From Tubulanus polymorphus (lineage: Eukaryota; Animalia; Nemertea), in assembly GCF_964204645.1 (NCBI RefSeq), contig NC_134029.1, positions 17,540,950 through 17,604,949 of the forward strand: 64,000 nucleotides of DNA, in the 5' to 3' direction. This document shows positions 13,588-26,206 of this stretch, piece by piece (the first letter of the stretch is position 1; every line of letters starts with the position of its first letter). The notes below the pieces were generated by a model. The model worked only from the letters and a program-made list of their open reading frames with translations. It was not told where the DNA came from and made no database searches. A program made the translations under genes and the position numbers.

Positions 13588-15260
13588 AATAATAAATATA
13601 GCTGCAAGGTAGCAATAACGGGTTTCTGCCTTGCTGGGTTAAATGCCGTAGCCTACTAGGAAGGTTGCAAAAGATTTCATTGAAATCAGTTCATTACGTA
13701 CTGCTATCTGTGAAGAAGCGCCACCTAGGGGTCAGCCTGTATCATTGGTCAGCCCATATCATGGATATGTTGACCCATGGCTTTAAAGTGCAAAGTATTA
13801 ATGTACCAAGTTTAGGGAAAATAACTTCGAGAATATATGTGATACAGTGTTTTACCATTCCCTCGTGGCAGTTTTATCAACTAATTTAACTGGTTAGCTT
13901 GGTATACCAATGTTCATGTACTCACACCAGGTTTTGTGATATCTATAATGACATGGCAGAATTTCACGCGAAAAACGGATGCTACAATGACTTTTCAAGA
14001 TTTACACCCCCTAGTGATTAGAATGTGAATTAATTATGTGAGGGATTCGTTGTATTTCATATCCAGGTACATTTGTATCAATTTTCTTAAAAATCATTTT
14101 ATCCGCTTAGTAGATATCAATGAAAATGCATTTCCAACAACTTGTAGATGGCGCTACTGGAGAATATAATAATAAATATAGCTGCAAAGCAGCGATAACG
14201 GGTTTCTGCCTCCTTGCTGGGTTAAATGCCGTACCAGGAATGTTGCAAAAGATTTCACTGAAATCAGTTCATTACGTACCACTATCTGTGAAGAGGCGCC
14301 ACCTAGGGGTCAGCCCATATCAAGGATATGTTGACCCATGGCTCTTGTACCAAGTTTAGGGAAAATAACTTCGAGAATATAGGTGATACAGTGTTTTACC
14401 ATTCCCTCTTGACAGTTGTATCAACTAATTTAGTTGGTTAGCCTAGTGTACCTATGTACATGTACTCACACCAGGTTTTGTGATATCTATAATAACATGG
14501 CAGAATTACACGCGAGAAACGGATGCTAGAATGACTTTTCAAGATTTACGCCCCCTAGTTATTAGAATAGGAATTAATTATGTGAGGGATTCGTTGTATC
14601 TCCTATCCAACTACATGTGTATCAATTTTCATAGAAATCCCTCTATCCAATTAGTAGATATCAATGAAAATGAATTTCCAACAACCATATGAGTTACCTA
14701 CTTAAACCATACATCAATACAAGTGTCTTAGAAAGTGCTACTAACCACACATTGCAACTTCGATACTATAGCCAACGGCTAAGGACCTAGGAGCAAAACT
14801 CGTAGTTTTCACAGTCCCCTGGTGGCAGTTTTATGAACTAATCATGCAGGTTGGCATATTACACACATGTCTTTGTATTTATACCAAGTTTTGTGATTTT
14901 CATAATAAACAGACCGCATTACATGCTGAAATTAATTTTTTTAAATTCACGCCCCCTAGTGGTTAAAATAGGAACTAATCATGTGGGGGGTTCGTTGCAT
15001 TTAGAAACCTGGTACATGTGTATCAATTTAATAGAAATCGATTGATACCATCGATATAGATGAAAATGCTATTTCAAGCGTATTATAGGTGACGCTCCTG
15101 GAGAACCATATGAGTTACATAGTTATACCATACATCAATACAAGCATCTTGTCAAGGGCTACTGATCACTCATTGCAACCACGATTCTAACTCCAACAGT
15201 TAAGGAGCTAGGAGCAAAAATCTCATTGAAAAATTTGAGGTCCCACTTTTGTGCCCGTAG
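13588..15260. mobile_element. Tandem copies of a Helentron-type non-autonomous element with long internal repeats
   Basis: The terminus AATAAATATAGCTGCAA..GC(A/G)ATAACGGG occurs at 13590 and 14171 (also 9802). 13600-14160 aligns with 14180-14690; a third partial unit lies at 14800-15220. Confidence 0.65.
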
Positions 15261-15269
15261 AGCCCTTCT

Positions 15270-16015
15270 CTTTTCCTTGAACATTTTGAATCCGAAATTC
15301 TTCCCAACTACGCTGGCTCTAAACCTAACTTTTGGATTAGATATATTGATGACATTCTGTGCTTAGTTTCTGATGATTTTGATCTTAACTCTTTTATTGA
15401 CTTCGTCAATATTCCCAATATCCATCTTTGAAATTCACTTTTGAATAAGAACAAAATGACCAAATCCCGTTTTTAGATGTTCTAATTCACAATAAATACT
15501 CTCATTTGATTTTTTTCAGTCTACCGTAAACCGATCAACGCTGAGGCATATGTCCATTTCTTTTCGTTTAATGCTAAATCAATCAAAATTGGTCTCGCTC
15601 AAGGCCTTTTTCTCCGTGCACTGCGGATCTGCGATGAAACCTTCCTTTCGGCTGAATTTGACCATATATCCAACTCTCTTAAAAATTTGGCTTACCCTGA
15701 TCACATTTTGAAAATCGCTATTTCTAAGGCTAAACGTACTTTCTTCTGAACCTCCAGAAAAAACACACTTCAAAATTCACTGTAGTTCCGTATGTACCTG
15801 TTTTGGAAAAGTTTCGTCACTCACTCCCTTTATTGGATAAACAAATCATTTTCACGTATGAAAACAAAATTAGCAAGACTTTGGTTAAAAAACAATCAAT
15901 CTAAACCTTTGGACTGCGGAGTTTACAAAATTCCTTGTTTTGGCTGTGATAAAATGTACTTTGGTGAAACTGGTCGTGATTTAAAAACTCGAATTTTGGA
16001 ACACAAAAAGGATAT
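15270..16015 (+). mobile_element. Penelope-like element fragment (RT C-half + GIY-YIG endonuclease)
   Basis: FWIRYIDDI, IPFLDVLI, VYRKP, CGVYKIPCFGCDKMYFGETGRDLKTRILEHKK; frameshifted. Confidence 0.88.
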
Positions 16016-16926
16016 AATAAGCGCACAGCGAGCGCCGAAGGCGCGAGCTGGAAGCTCCTTAAGTTAATCGCGCGTATGAGGCAAATTCAAATTTCCTATA
16101 TTTCTCCATACCGTCCTTCTCAAAAAGTGTAGTTTACATCCGGGACACATGGGCATTGGCTAAATCGCGGCAACGAAAATGACGGTCACGGACGGACTTT
16201 CGTCGAAACTTGCGGGCCGCGTCGCGCGGGTAGTTTAAATACGTCAATGAAGGATAACAAAATGATTTTGTGTAACTTTCAGAATATTTACAAAGAATAT
16301 CCTCAAAATATTGTCAAAAAATGTTATTTTTAGTTCGTATTTCTCCGTAGAAACCGATTGGAAGACTGGATTCGAATCCCACAAAAAGCACAGTCCCTTA
16401 GCATTTGGTCGAATTTTTTAGAATAACAAGCGCGCCGGTTTCACAGCATCACTAAGGGTCGAGTCCCGGAGAATAACGCACGCGCGCGGTCCGCTCCATG
16501 CCTACCAACTGAAATTTGATACGTAGGCATGGAAACATATTGTTAAACTTTCAAATCATGGAGTCACTTCTCTTCATTTAACCCCTATCAGTGAAGACTT
16601 TTTGGATATCCTTCAACACAGTTTCAAATGGATTTAACAATCAATCTAATTGAGCTAGGCCACCTGGAATGCTCTCAAGTCAGGTTGAAATAGACATTAG
16701 TTTCAAAGTGAAAAAATTGTGTCATTTTTGCTATTTCTGTATTTATATCGCATCAAGCACAGACTATGATGAAGGAACCTCCGAATGAATATAATAATAA
16801 GAAAACTGAATGTATGAGGTTTGTAACGACAGTTTATTTTTCACAATCGGTTTAGTGAAACCGGATTTCTGGTGGTTTAAAGCTGCAGTGATCTAAAAGT
16901 ATCGAGAAAATGTCGTTCGCATCTTA

Positions 16927-17426
16927 CTGTCTGTCACACATGCTCTTCGTGCGACGTTTTGGTCCGTAATTTCGTTAATAATCGGTTGATCTGTAAATAT
17001 TATGCATCAATTTGTTCAGTAAGGAATTTGCATTCAGAAATAAATCATGAACTGGCAGAAATTTGTTTGTGTTTTCTTCTATCAGCGATAGTTTACCTAG
17101 CATACGCTCGCGTAATGCTGAAAAACGGCTTTTATGGCCCGTCACATGGCGCCAGCTACTGTATTTTGATATGCTAATGAGCAGGTGATGACGTCACTGT
17201 AACGTTTCCGAGCGTCCGCGGAGCGGATTTTTCAGCATTACGCGAGCGTATGCTGAGTAAACTATCGCTCATAAATGAAAACAAAAACAACTTAAGTGAA
17301 AATTGTTGTTTATTTCTGAATGCAAATTCCTCACTGAACAAATTGATGCATAATAAAGGTAGATAAACCGATTATTAACGAAATTACGGACCAAAACGTC
17401 GCACGGAGAGTAGGTGTGACAGACAG
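16927..17426. mobile_element. ~500-bp palindromic MITE with TA target duplication (Tc1/mariner-type)
   Basis: TA|CTGTCTGTCACAC...GTGTGACAGACAG|TA with arms of ~200 bp. Confidence 0.85.
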
Positions 17427-17908
17427 TAGTGTCTGTGGTACATCAGACACTAAGATTCTTGGTGAAGGTACTTACTAGCCAAAAATTAGTTCCTCAAAAC
17501 TGCATCAGTTCCAAAAACTACCATCATGCTTCCCCAAAATGGAAAATAAATAAATAATATGTAATAGATGAAATCTAAGTGACGGACGCCTCGTCACAGC
17601 TTGATTCAATTTTTCATAGTAAGAAATGATAGCGATTGGGGAAAACAACCTTAAGTACGGGGTAACGAAGTCGAAAACACTCAAAATATTGTCAGTGACA
17701 AGGAACACACTTAAATGTTGTTAATGAAACTGGAAAGAGAATCAACTCCAATATTTCATATTGAAATTGTACTGTAGTTGAACCCAAAGCAATGAATTAA
17801 TGAAGAAATTAAATCAATTCTTAGTCAAAACTTGGAAAATTTAAAATTAATGCTCGAGTTAAGGGGAGGGAAGAAAGAAGATGAAACTGTAACTCTGTAA
17901 CTGTAAGT

Positions 17909-17972
17909 TTTGATTCATTTCTGAAATTTGGGCTTGATATATTATAAGCCCAAATTTCAGAAATGAATCAAA
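17909..17972. repeat. 27-bp perfect-stem hairpin
   Basis: tttgattcatttctgaaatttgggctt / aagcccaaatttcagaaatgaatcaaa. Confidence 0.85.
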
Positions 17973-18309
17973 CCTCATAATTCTTTAATCTTACATTACA
18001 AGATCAAATGAAATTTGATATTTTAATTTTTGCGAGAAAAAAACTTGACAAATTTCTTATAAATGAGGTCTCGGTACCACTGTCTGCTAAAAAGATTATT
18101 CTTTCGATTTAGATAAAGTGTCATTTTTAATGGTTTAAAACTCTTTGTGAAACCATAATGTAACCAATGACATTTCTATGGTGGAAACTGAGAGGGGTTT
18201 TTGCAATATTGAAGAATTTTGACCTGGTAGTTAATTTAGAAATTAGCTCCATTTGGAAATAAAAGGAAGATGAGAAGATTACAACGCATTTCTTAATTAC
18301 CTTCAAAAA

Positions 18310-18548
18310 GAAAAAAATCGAATACGCGTTGAAACGCAGAAATCGGAAAATTATTTTCTGCTAGAAAAAACTCGAATTAGCAGGAAATGCGAATGTCAGT
18401 ACAAAAATTGATTTCGAATTTCGTGTTAATTAAGTCGAATTTCGAGTTTTATTTTCATGTCGAATTTCGACTTATTAAGTCGAAATTCGACTTAATAAGT
18501 CGAAATTATGAAAAAAATTATCTCGTATGTCACCAAGGGGCTTCCGTA
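18310..18548. mobile_element. DNA-transposon end (…GGGGCTTCCGTA) with TCGAAATTCGA subrepeats
   Basis: aagtcgaaattcgactt units; only one terminus visible. Confidence 0.45.
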
Positions 18549-18774
18549 CGTGACCGCAGTTTTAAAGGGTCATTAGTTTTGATTAAAAAAGCTGGGAATG
18601 ACAGCTGCGCGCGCGAGAGCGTAATTCTCCGGGATTCGAACCTGCGCGCCGAACCGCGTGGCACCGGGCCGCGACCGCGTTTTGTTATTATGAATTCGCT
18701 CCTGTTGCTAAGGGAATTTCAGCTATTTTCAACTCGATCGATCAACGCGGTTCATTGTTAAACTATTCATCGAC

Positions 18775-20055
<1,281 letters not shown>

Positions 20056-20379
20056 GAACCGAACCACTCACTTCATTAAAGAAAACAATCCACGACGGAA
20101 CTATATTGACCTATTCTGGAGTTGAACCACTTAGGGCTATAACCTACCAAATGTTGTGCGCCTATAAACTAAAGCCGCCAAGTATAAAATCTTTAAACGA
20201 TAACATTTGTCAATATGTCTACATGTATATTCAGATGTTTATTAGTGGATGATATCATGAATTATTCTGTAGGAATATATTATCGAATTGTGGGCCCAAA
20301 ACAAAAGATTTTAATTACTTTTCATTATCAGTACATGTCTTCACGAGCATGATGTCTTTAATTCATTAAAATACTCAAC

Positions 20380-23249
20380 TCTTCTTTAGAAGGTTTCTTG
20401 GAATATACTCAGTGATTAAATCTCTGGTGGGCATCAAGTGTTTCAAAGACACTTTTCTGCCCAGAGGTCTACCATCTTTCAATAATATCGCTGATTTGCC
20501 AACAATCTCTTTAATAGTCAACGTCTCCTCGTGGAAGTTAGATTCCAAGAAACCACCTTTCCTCCCAATATTTTCTGCTTTGTACCTAATATATATACCA
20601 TATATTCAATGCAACACGAAATAATACATAGGCCTACATAAAACTATAGGCATGGTATGGAACTAATACCTGTAGACTTTGTCTCCAACTTTGAGGCTCT
20701 TCGCTCCTTTATTTTGCCGCCTATCGTAATTAATTTTTTGACGAGTTTGGGTCTTTTCAATATTTTGCCTAGCGGTCTGTTCAATTTTCTCATGAATGGA
20801 TAAAATACGTCTTCTTCAACTCCCTGGATATATAAGGTAAATATAGGAAAATGAGACATATTTTAACAAAATTCAGCATCTTTATACAAAAATTCGAACT
20901 GAAAATATTGATTTTACCGAGTATTCTTCAGTAACCTCTGGTACCTCAATTCCATTCCTGGCAACTCTTCCATACATAACATAAAACGGAGACATTTTCG
21001 TGCTGCTGTGTGGCTTCTGGAGTAAGTGGCACTGTTAAAGTAATCGTCCCTATCATTTTTTTTTAGAATTAACTAAATGCTTTAATCTCCTAAAATACAT
21101 TAATGTAAGAATGACATAATACATGAAAATAGATCTGTCTGATGTTATATTTCCGTATTTTCACGTACTGTTTTAGAGTTTGATTTGTCCGTTCATCGAG
21201 TCCATTGGTTTGTGGGTGGTAGACAGCGGTGACGCAATGTTTCGTACCCATCATCTTCAATAACTCATCATTCAACTAAAATGAATCAGGATCATTTTAC
21301 TTATAGTTGTATAGTACTAGTTATACTTATATTGTTATATTGTTATATCATTAAAGCTGTATAGTTAATTATATAATCATAGTTATCTTTATAGTTATAA
21401 CTATAGTTGTAGTTGAAGATGCTTACTTGAATTTTAGCTAGTTTATTAATAATGAATAAAATATGAACATATTCACAAAAATACATAAAAAATAAGGTGA
21501 TCGAAGCTTCGTTTTCAATAACTCATCATTCAACTAAAATGAATCAGGATCATTTCACTTATAGTTGTATAGTACTAGTTATACTTATATTGTTATATGA
21601 TTAAAGCTGTTTAGTTAATTATATAATTATAGTTATATTTATAGTTATAACTATAGTTGTAGTTAAAGATGCTTAGGCCTACTTGAATTTTAGCTAATTT
21701 ATTAATAATGAATAAAATATTAACATTTTCACAAAAATACATAAAAAATAAAGTGATCGAAGCTTTTAGATCCCGTAAGAGAATACCAAAACCAATTGTG
21801 GGTTAACAAAAACCAAAGCTGAGAGATACAACACCAACGTTACTATGATTAAAACACAACCGTAATGTTAAAAAGTTTGACAGTACCACATACCTTCCTC
21901 TGAATTCTGCACTTAAAAGAAGACAATATGATATGATTTTCAATGATAACAAGTTCTCTGTGATTTATCAAGAGTCAAACCTACTTGATTATTAAGACAG
22001 GATTCTCTTTGGGGCACCAAATCGATAGTACATCTGTAGGATGCACTTTGCAACTTCAGGTGCCGACTTTTGTTTTATCGGGTATGCTTCTACCCATTTT
22101 GACACGCAATCAGTAGCCGTAAATATGTACCGGTTTCCATTTTTTGTCATCGGTGCTTCGGTTAGATCAACGCCTACCATTTCCAAGACTTCATTAACCT
22201 GGAAATAGAAAAAAATTAACAATATGGTCTATCGTAATAATAACCTCATAATTAACTTAACTAAATTTCTAAATACAAATCATAAGCTCACAATAAAAAC
22301 GTAGATGGGATAATACAGAGCGCGGTGAAAGCACATATCATAAGTAAATAAGGATTGGGGACGAATTTCACTACCTTTTCAACTGTACATATTCAAATGA
22401 TAGTAGGGAATTATATCTAGACAGCAGATTTTATATCAACCTTATGAAACATAAGTTATTAATGCAAACCAAAGAGAGAGCCGAACTTAGTAAATTGTGC
22501 ATTTTCATTGGTAAAATTATGAGATTTTTCACTTTTCCTTAGAAATAGCTCGCATGTAAACCTATATTTAATTAGGTATCTACCTACTGTACGTCGCATA
22601 TAATGTATCTTTTTATGTGCTGTATATATCACTCAAATTGCCTTTGTATTAAGACCAAGAGTTTGTCAAATAAAGTAAAGTAAAGTAAAGTATGTGAAAT
22701 AATCTTATACTTGATGTTGGTGAGGGTACATGTAAATTTTATAGAAGAAAAGAGACATTTACCTTAATAGGTTGCAACTCAGAATCGCCCTTCAGCAATC
22801 TCCCAGTTTTGATATTACAGCTTTCACATCCCTTGATCTATTGATTAATTGATGATAAGAAATAAAAAGGCACCTTTAATTGGGTAATAATACATGCTCT
22901 AATTATTCTATGTTATGTTTAATAATTGTACTGTTATGTAGAATATTCAAACAAATAATATACGGATCAGTTGATCACAATATCCGTGATAAGACGATGA
23001 GTAAAAATCACACAATATATGACTGAATCTAAAAGGGTTATTTGATATATGCACTTACCCAGTCTCGCAAGTCATTAGTCATTGAAGGCCAAAAGTACTT
23101 CTCTGCGATCACGGAGAAAGTCTTTTCTAATTTGAAATGGCCTCCTTCAGGACTCGAATGATATGATGTAAAAATCCTTTTTACTTCATCCAAGGAGCTT
23201 ACAACTTGGGCATGCTTGCCATTCCGACGAATTTTAAATAGTTGAGTTC
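20380..23249 (-). pseudogene. Ginger/GIN1-like Gypsy-type integrase, spliced, with stops/frameshifts
   Basis: Exons: 23249-23059 (H..GGH..KYFWPSM), 22837-22763 (CESC..LQPIK), 22198-~21985 (VGVDL..ATDCVSKWVEAYP..FGAPKRILS), micro-exon ~21912-21896 (AEF), 21275-21169 (YHPQTNGLDERTNQTLK). Then MSPFYVMYGR, QKINYDRR..LKVGDKV and a C-terminal exon. GT-AG boundaries. Confidence 0.85.
21256..21765. repeat. ~257-bp tandem duplication within an integrase intron, including a splice acceptor
   Basis: ttcaaataactcatcattcaactaaaatgaatcagg at 21256 and 21514. Confidence 0.85.
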
Positions 23250-23504
23250 CTGCCAAAAACGTAAATTGAAGCAAGATTTATCTTTCAAAACTTTTATTGA
23301 TTTTATTTTACCAGAATGAGTTTCAAATAGAATAACAAGTTCAATCATTTATATAATATATATCTATCATCAGATTTATGATTATTCGATATTAGCTGCT
23401 TTACTAACTATTGATCGGGACTTGAGTTATTTTCTTGAGTTATTTTCTTAGATATTGAGATTTGATCTTTAATCTATCGATGCAATAACATCATTCATAA
23501 TTTT

Positions 23505-23795
23505 GGTTATGTTCGGTGAAATGGTGGCGCGTAATCTCAAACAACCCTCTTTAACCTCTGTGAAAATTGGAAATATAGCTTTTAGAGATACTTCAAAGTT
23601 AATAGATATCGCGCGGTTAAAATATGCGGTCCTTGGTTTCACATCGTCACTGTTCTCTGTTGCGTTCAAAACATCCAAGAATCACCAGCAGATATCTGCA
23701 TTTCATTTCCTTTAAAATGTTATATCAATTGAGTTCATCGAGCAAGGGACTGTAGAACTATATGATATTCAATCTAAACATATGTTTTAAAAAAG
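23505..23795. repeat. Dispersed repeat, second copy at ~31245-31620
   Basis: Shared gttcggtgaaatgg..atgcggtccttggtttcac..atatctgcatttcatttcctttaaaatg. Confidence 0.75.
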
Positions 23796-24552
23796 AGTTG
23801 AAATTATCGCAAAAATGTGGACCTCGCGGGACCGCCATAAAATGGCGCCTATTTATCAAATTTATCAACTTTTAGCATCAAATGCTAAATTTCATGAATC
23901 ACCCTTAAAGTCGGATAGAATATAGTTCATCAGAATGTATTCACTCTAAAATAATCGTTTTAAATCTAAGATTTGGAAGTAATTCTTTTAAATGTTGTAA
24001 TAGATAGCTCAACTGCTAAATAGAACGGTATAACATGCACATCCTGTTAAGTTAAATATAATAGTCAATGAGAATACATCTACATAAAAACGTGAATAAG
24101 ATGATGTCTTAAATTGGAATTATCCAAAAGTGATTTATCTTTGAATTTTTAATTTGGTTTAGTATCTTTCTATTACGGAACAGCTCTATTAATGCTATCT
24201 CTGGTGCGATGTTAATCAGAATATATCTTCTTCTAAGATACCAAAAACCTGTTTGATTTATCAAGTAATACCCTTCTAATTACTGGTACATGGAAACCGC
24301 TGTTAAACAACTGTTGTGTTGCGTCGCCTCGTATCAACGTACGTGAACATATCATGCCTATCCTAAGATAATGAATCTGAGACACCTGTTCAAGCACGTT
24401 GCTATGCATACTAGTCGTATGATTCTATCTACGGTGATTAGGGGCCACAAAATCAAAAATTAAAAGTTTTTCACTATCGCAGTTCAGTATAATAGTAGAC
24501 TACTTTAATTTGAATAATAATTGTCCTCCAGTATCTTAATATCATTTTATCA

Positions 24553-24828
24553 GGGGATAGCTCTAACACTGTCAGTGGTACGGTATAACATGCATCCCCC
24601 TTTAAAGTCATAAGTAATGGTTAATCAGAATGTATCTTATTCAAAATATCATTAATATCATGTTTTATTTTAGATTTTGAAGTTATTAATTGCAATGGTT
24701 GTTTTAATATCGATCTATTAGGGGGTAGCTCTAATACTGTCAGTTGGTACGGTATAACATGCATCCCCCTTTAAAGTCATAAGTAATGGTTAATCAGAAT
24801 GTATCTTATTCAAAATATCATTAATATC
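24553..24828. repeat. ~110-bp direct repeat pair near the insertion end
   Basis: tagctctaa(c/t)actgtcag..ggtacggtataacatgcatccccctttaaagtc at 24558 and 24726. Confidence 0.8.
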
Positions 24829-25404
24829 ATTGTGGGCCCGAAAAGCAATTACGGACGAGTTGAAATATCGTACGATGGACTTTGGGGAACTATCTGCCAC
24901 CAATATTGGTCCTACTTCGACGCTCTGGTTTTGTGTAAGCAGTTAAACTATAAGGACGGTATCGCTGTTAGTGGATCGGCTTATGGTGCAGGAAATGGGC
25001 CAGTTTGGGTGAATTCATTTGGATGTATTGGATCAGAAAAAAACTATAATACAATGTTGAAATACTGGTTGGAATGGATCGATACCTTATTCTTGTGAAA
25101 GCCATCGATACGACGCATCAGTGAAATGTTTTAACGAAAAAATACGTGAGTTATTTTTACTCTCATTAGTATTCGATTCCATTCTGTTCATTTTCAAACA
25201 TCGCAAAATTTAAGCAGTTTTTCTGAACAGTTTTTGTATTTTACTTATACGATGCCATTACAGGAATAACTAAGGTTCGTCTGGCGGATGGCAATTCTAC
25301 GAGTGGACGGGTAGAAGTATACGCTACCGGAGTCAATCAATGGGGCACTGTCTGTGATGATATGTGGGATGACAAAGACGCCAAAGTTGTCTGTAGAATG
25401 CTGG

Positions 25405-26081
25405 ACGTATCGGCCCCACTCCGCGCGGTGGCGCCACCCCGCGGGATTTACGCGAAGCAGCAGAACACAAACACGGCCATTCTCTCAATTTTCAATGATA
25501 GAAATCGTGTGTGTATTTCAATTATTTCGGCTGTTAGGGTTTTAAGGCACAATATAAGTTGATGATGTGATATGGCGATGTTAATTAATGATAATTCCGC
25601 AGTGAAGCTAGTCACGAACGGTGCCGATTGAGTGTACAGCTGCCAAAAACACTGAAATGTGCGTAGTTGCGTAACTATTTGCAGTGAATTGCAGACGAAA
25701 CATGAAGCCTTAACGGCCGTTTAAAAAAAAATTATACCAATCGCAATTGTAAAATAAAAATGAGATAGAAGCTAAGTTAAAATTCTGGCCATTTCTAAAA
25801 TGTTATTGATTATTATTACTAATTTTTAGTCAGTGCGGAACGTTTAGTTTTCCAACAATAATGAGGGGTGGTAGGTAGTCATGCAATTCAAGTCATCATT
25901 TATTACACGTTACTTCCGTGTTGTTGAAAATCTCGCGAGTCCTGGACTAAACCCCAATGAACAATGTGATCTGTGTGCTGGCCACCAAAATGCACACAGA
26001 TCACACTACACTACCCATTACACACTCCAGTACCCACAGCTTTCATATATCCATCCAAATATTTAGTGGCTTTCTTCCTGG
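25405..26081 (-). mobile_element. CYAG-targeting element, copy lacking the 328-bp internal segment
   Basis: Interrupts the SRCR26 copy at ATGCTGG^GTTTTCC; the empty site is visible at ~62489-62502. Confidence 0.92.
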
Positions 26082-26206
26082 GTTTTCCATGGGGAAAGCG
26101 ATTCGTAATTATTTCGGAATTGCAAGTGGTATGATTATGTTGGATAATGTTCAGTGTGCGGGCAATGAAAGTAACGTAGGTGATTGTCAACGGCGAGGAT
26201 TCCTAG

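Larger units (their letters stand above)
20298..24828 (-). mobile_element. 4.5-kb insertion carrying a decayed intron-containing Ginger/GIN-like DDE integrase
   Basis: Flanked by ATTGTGGGCCC at 20287-20297 and 24829-24839, a sequence present once in the intact exon. Confidence 0.8.
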
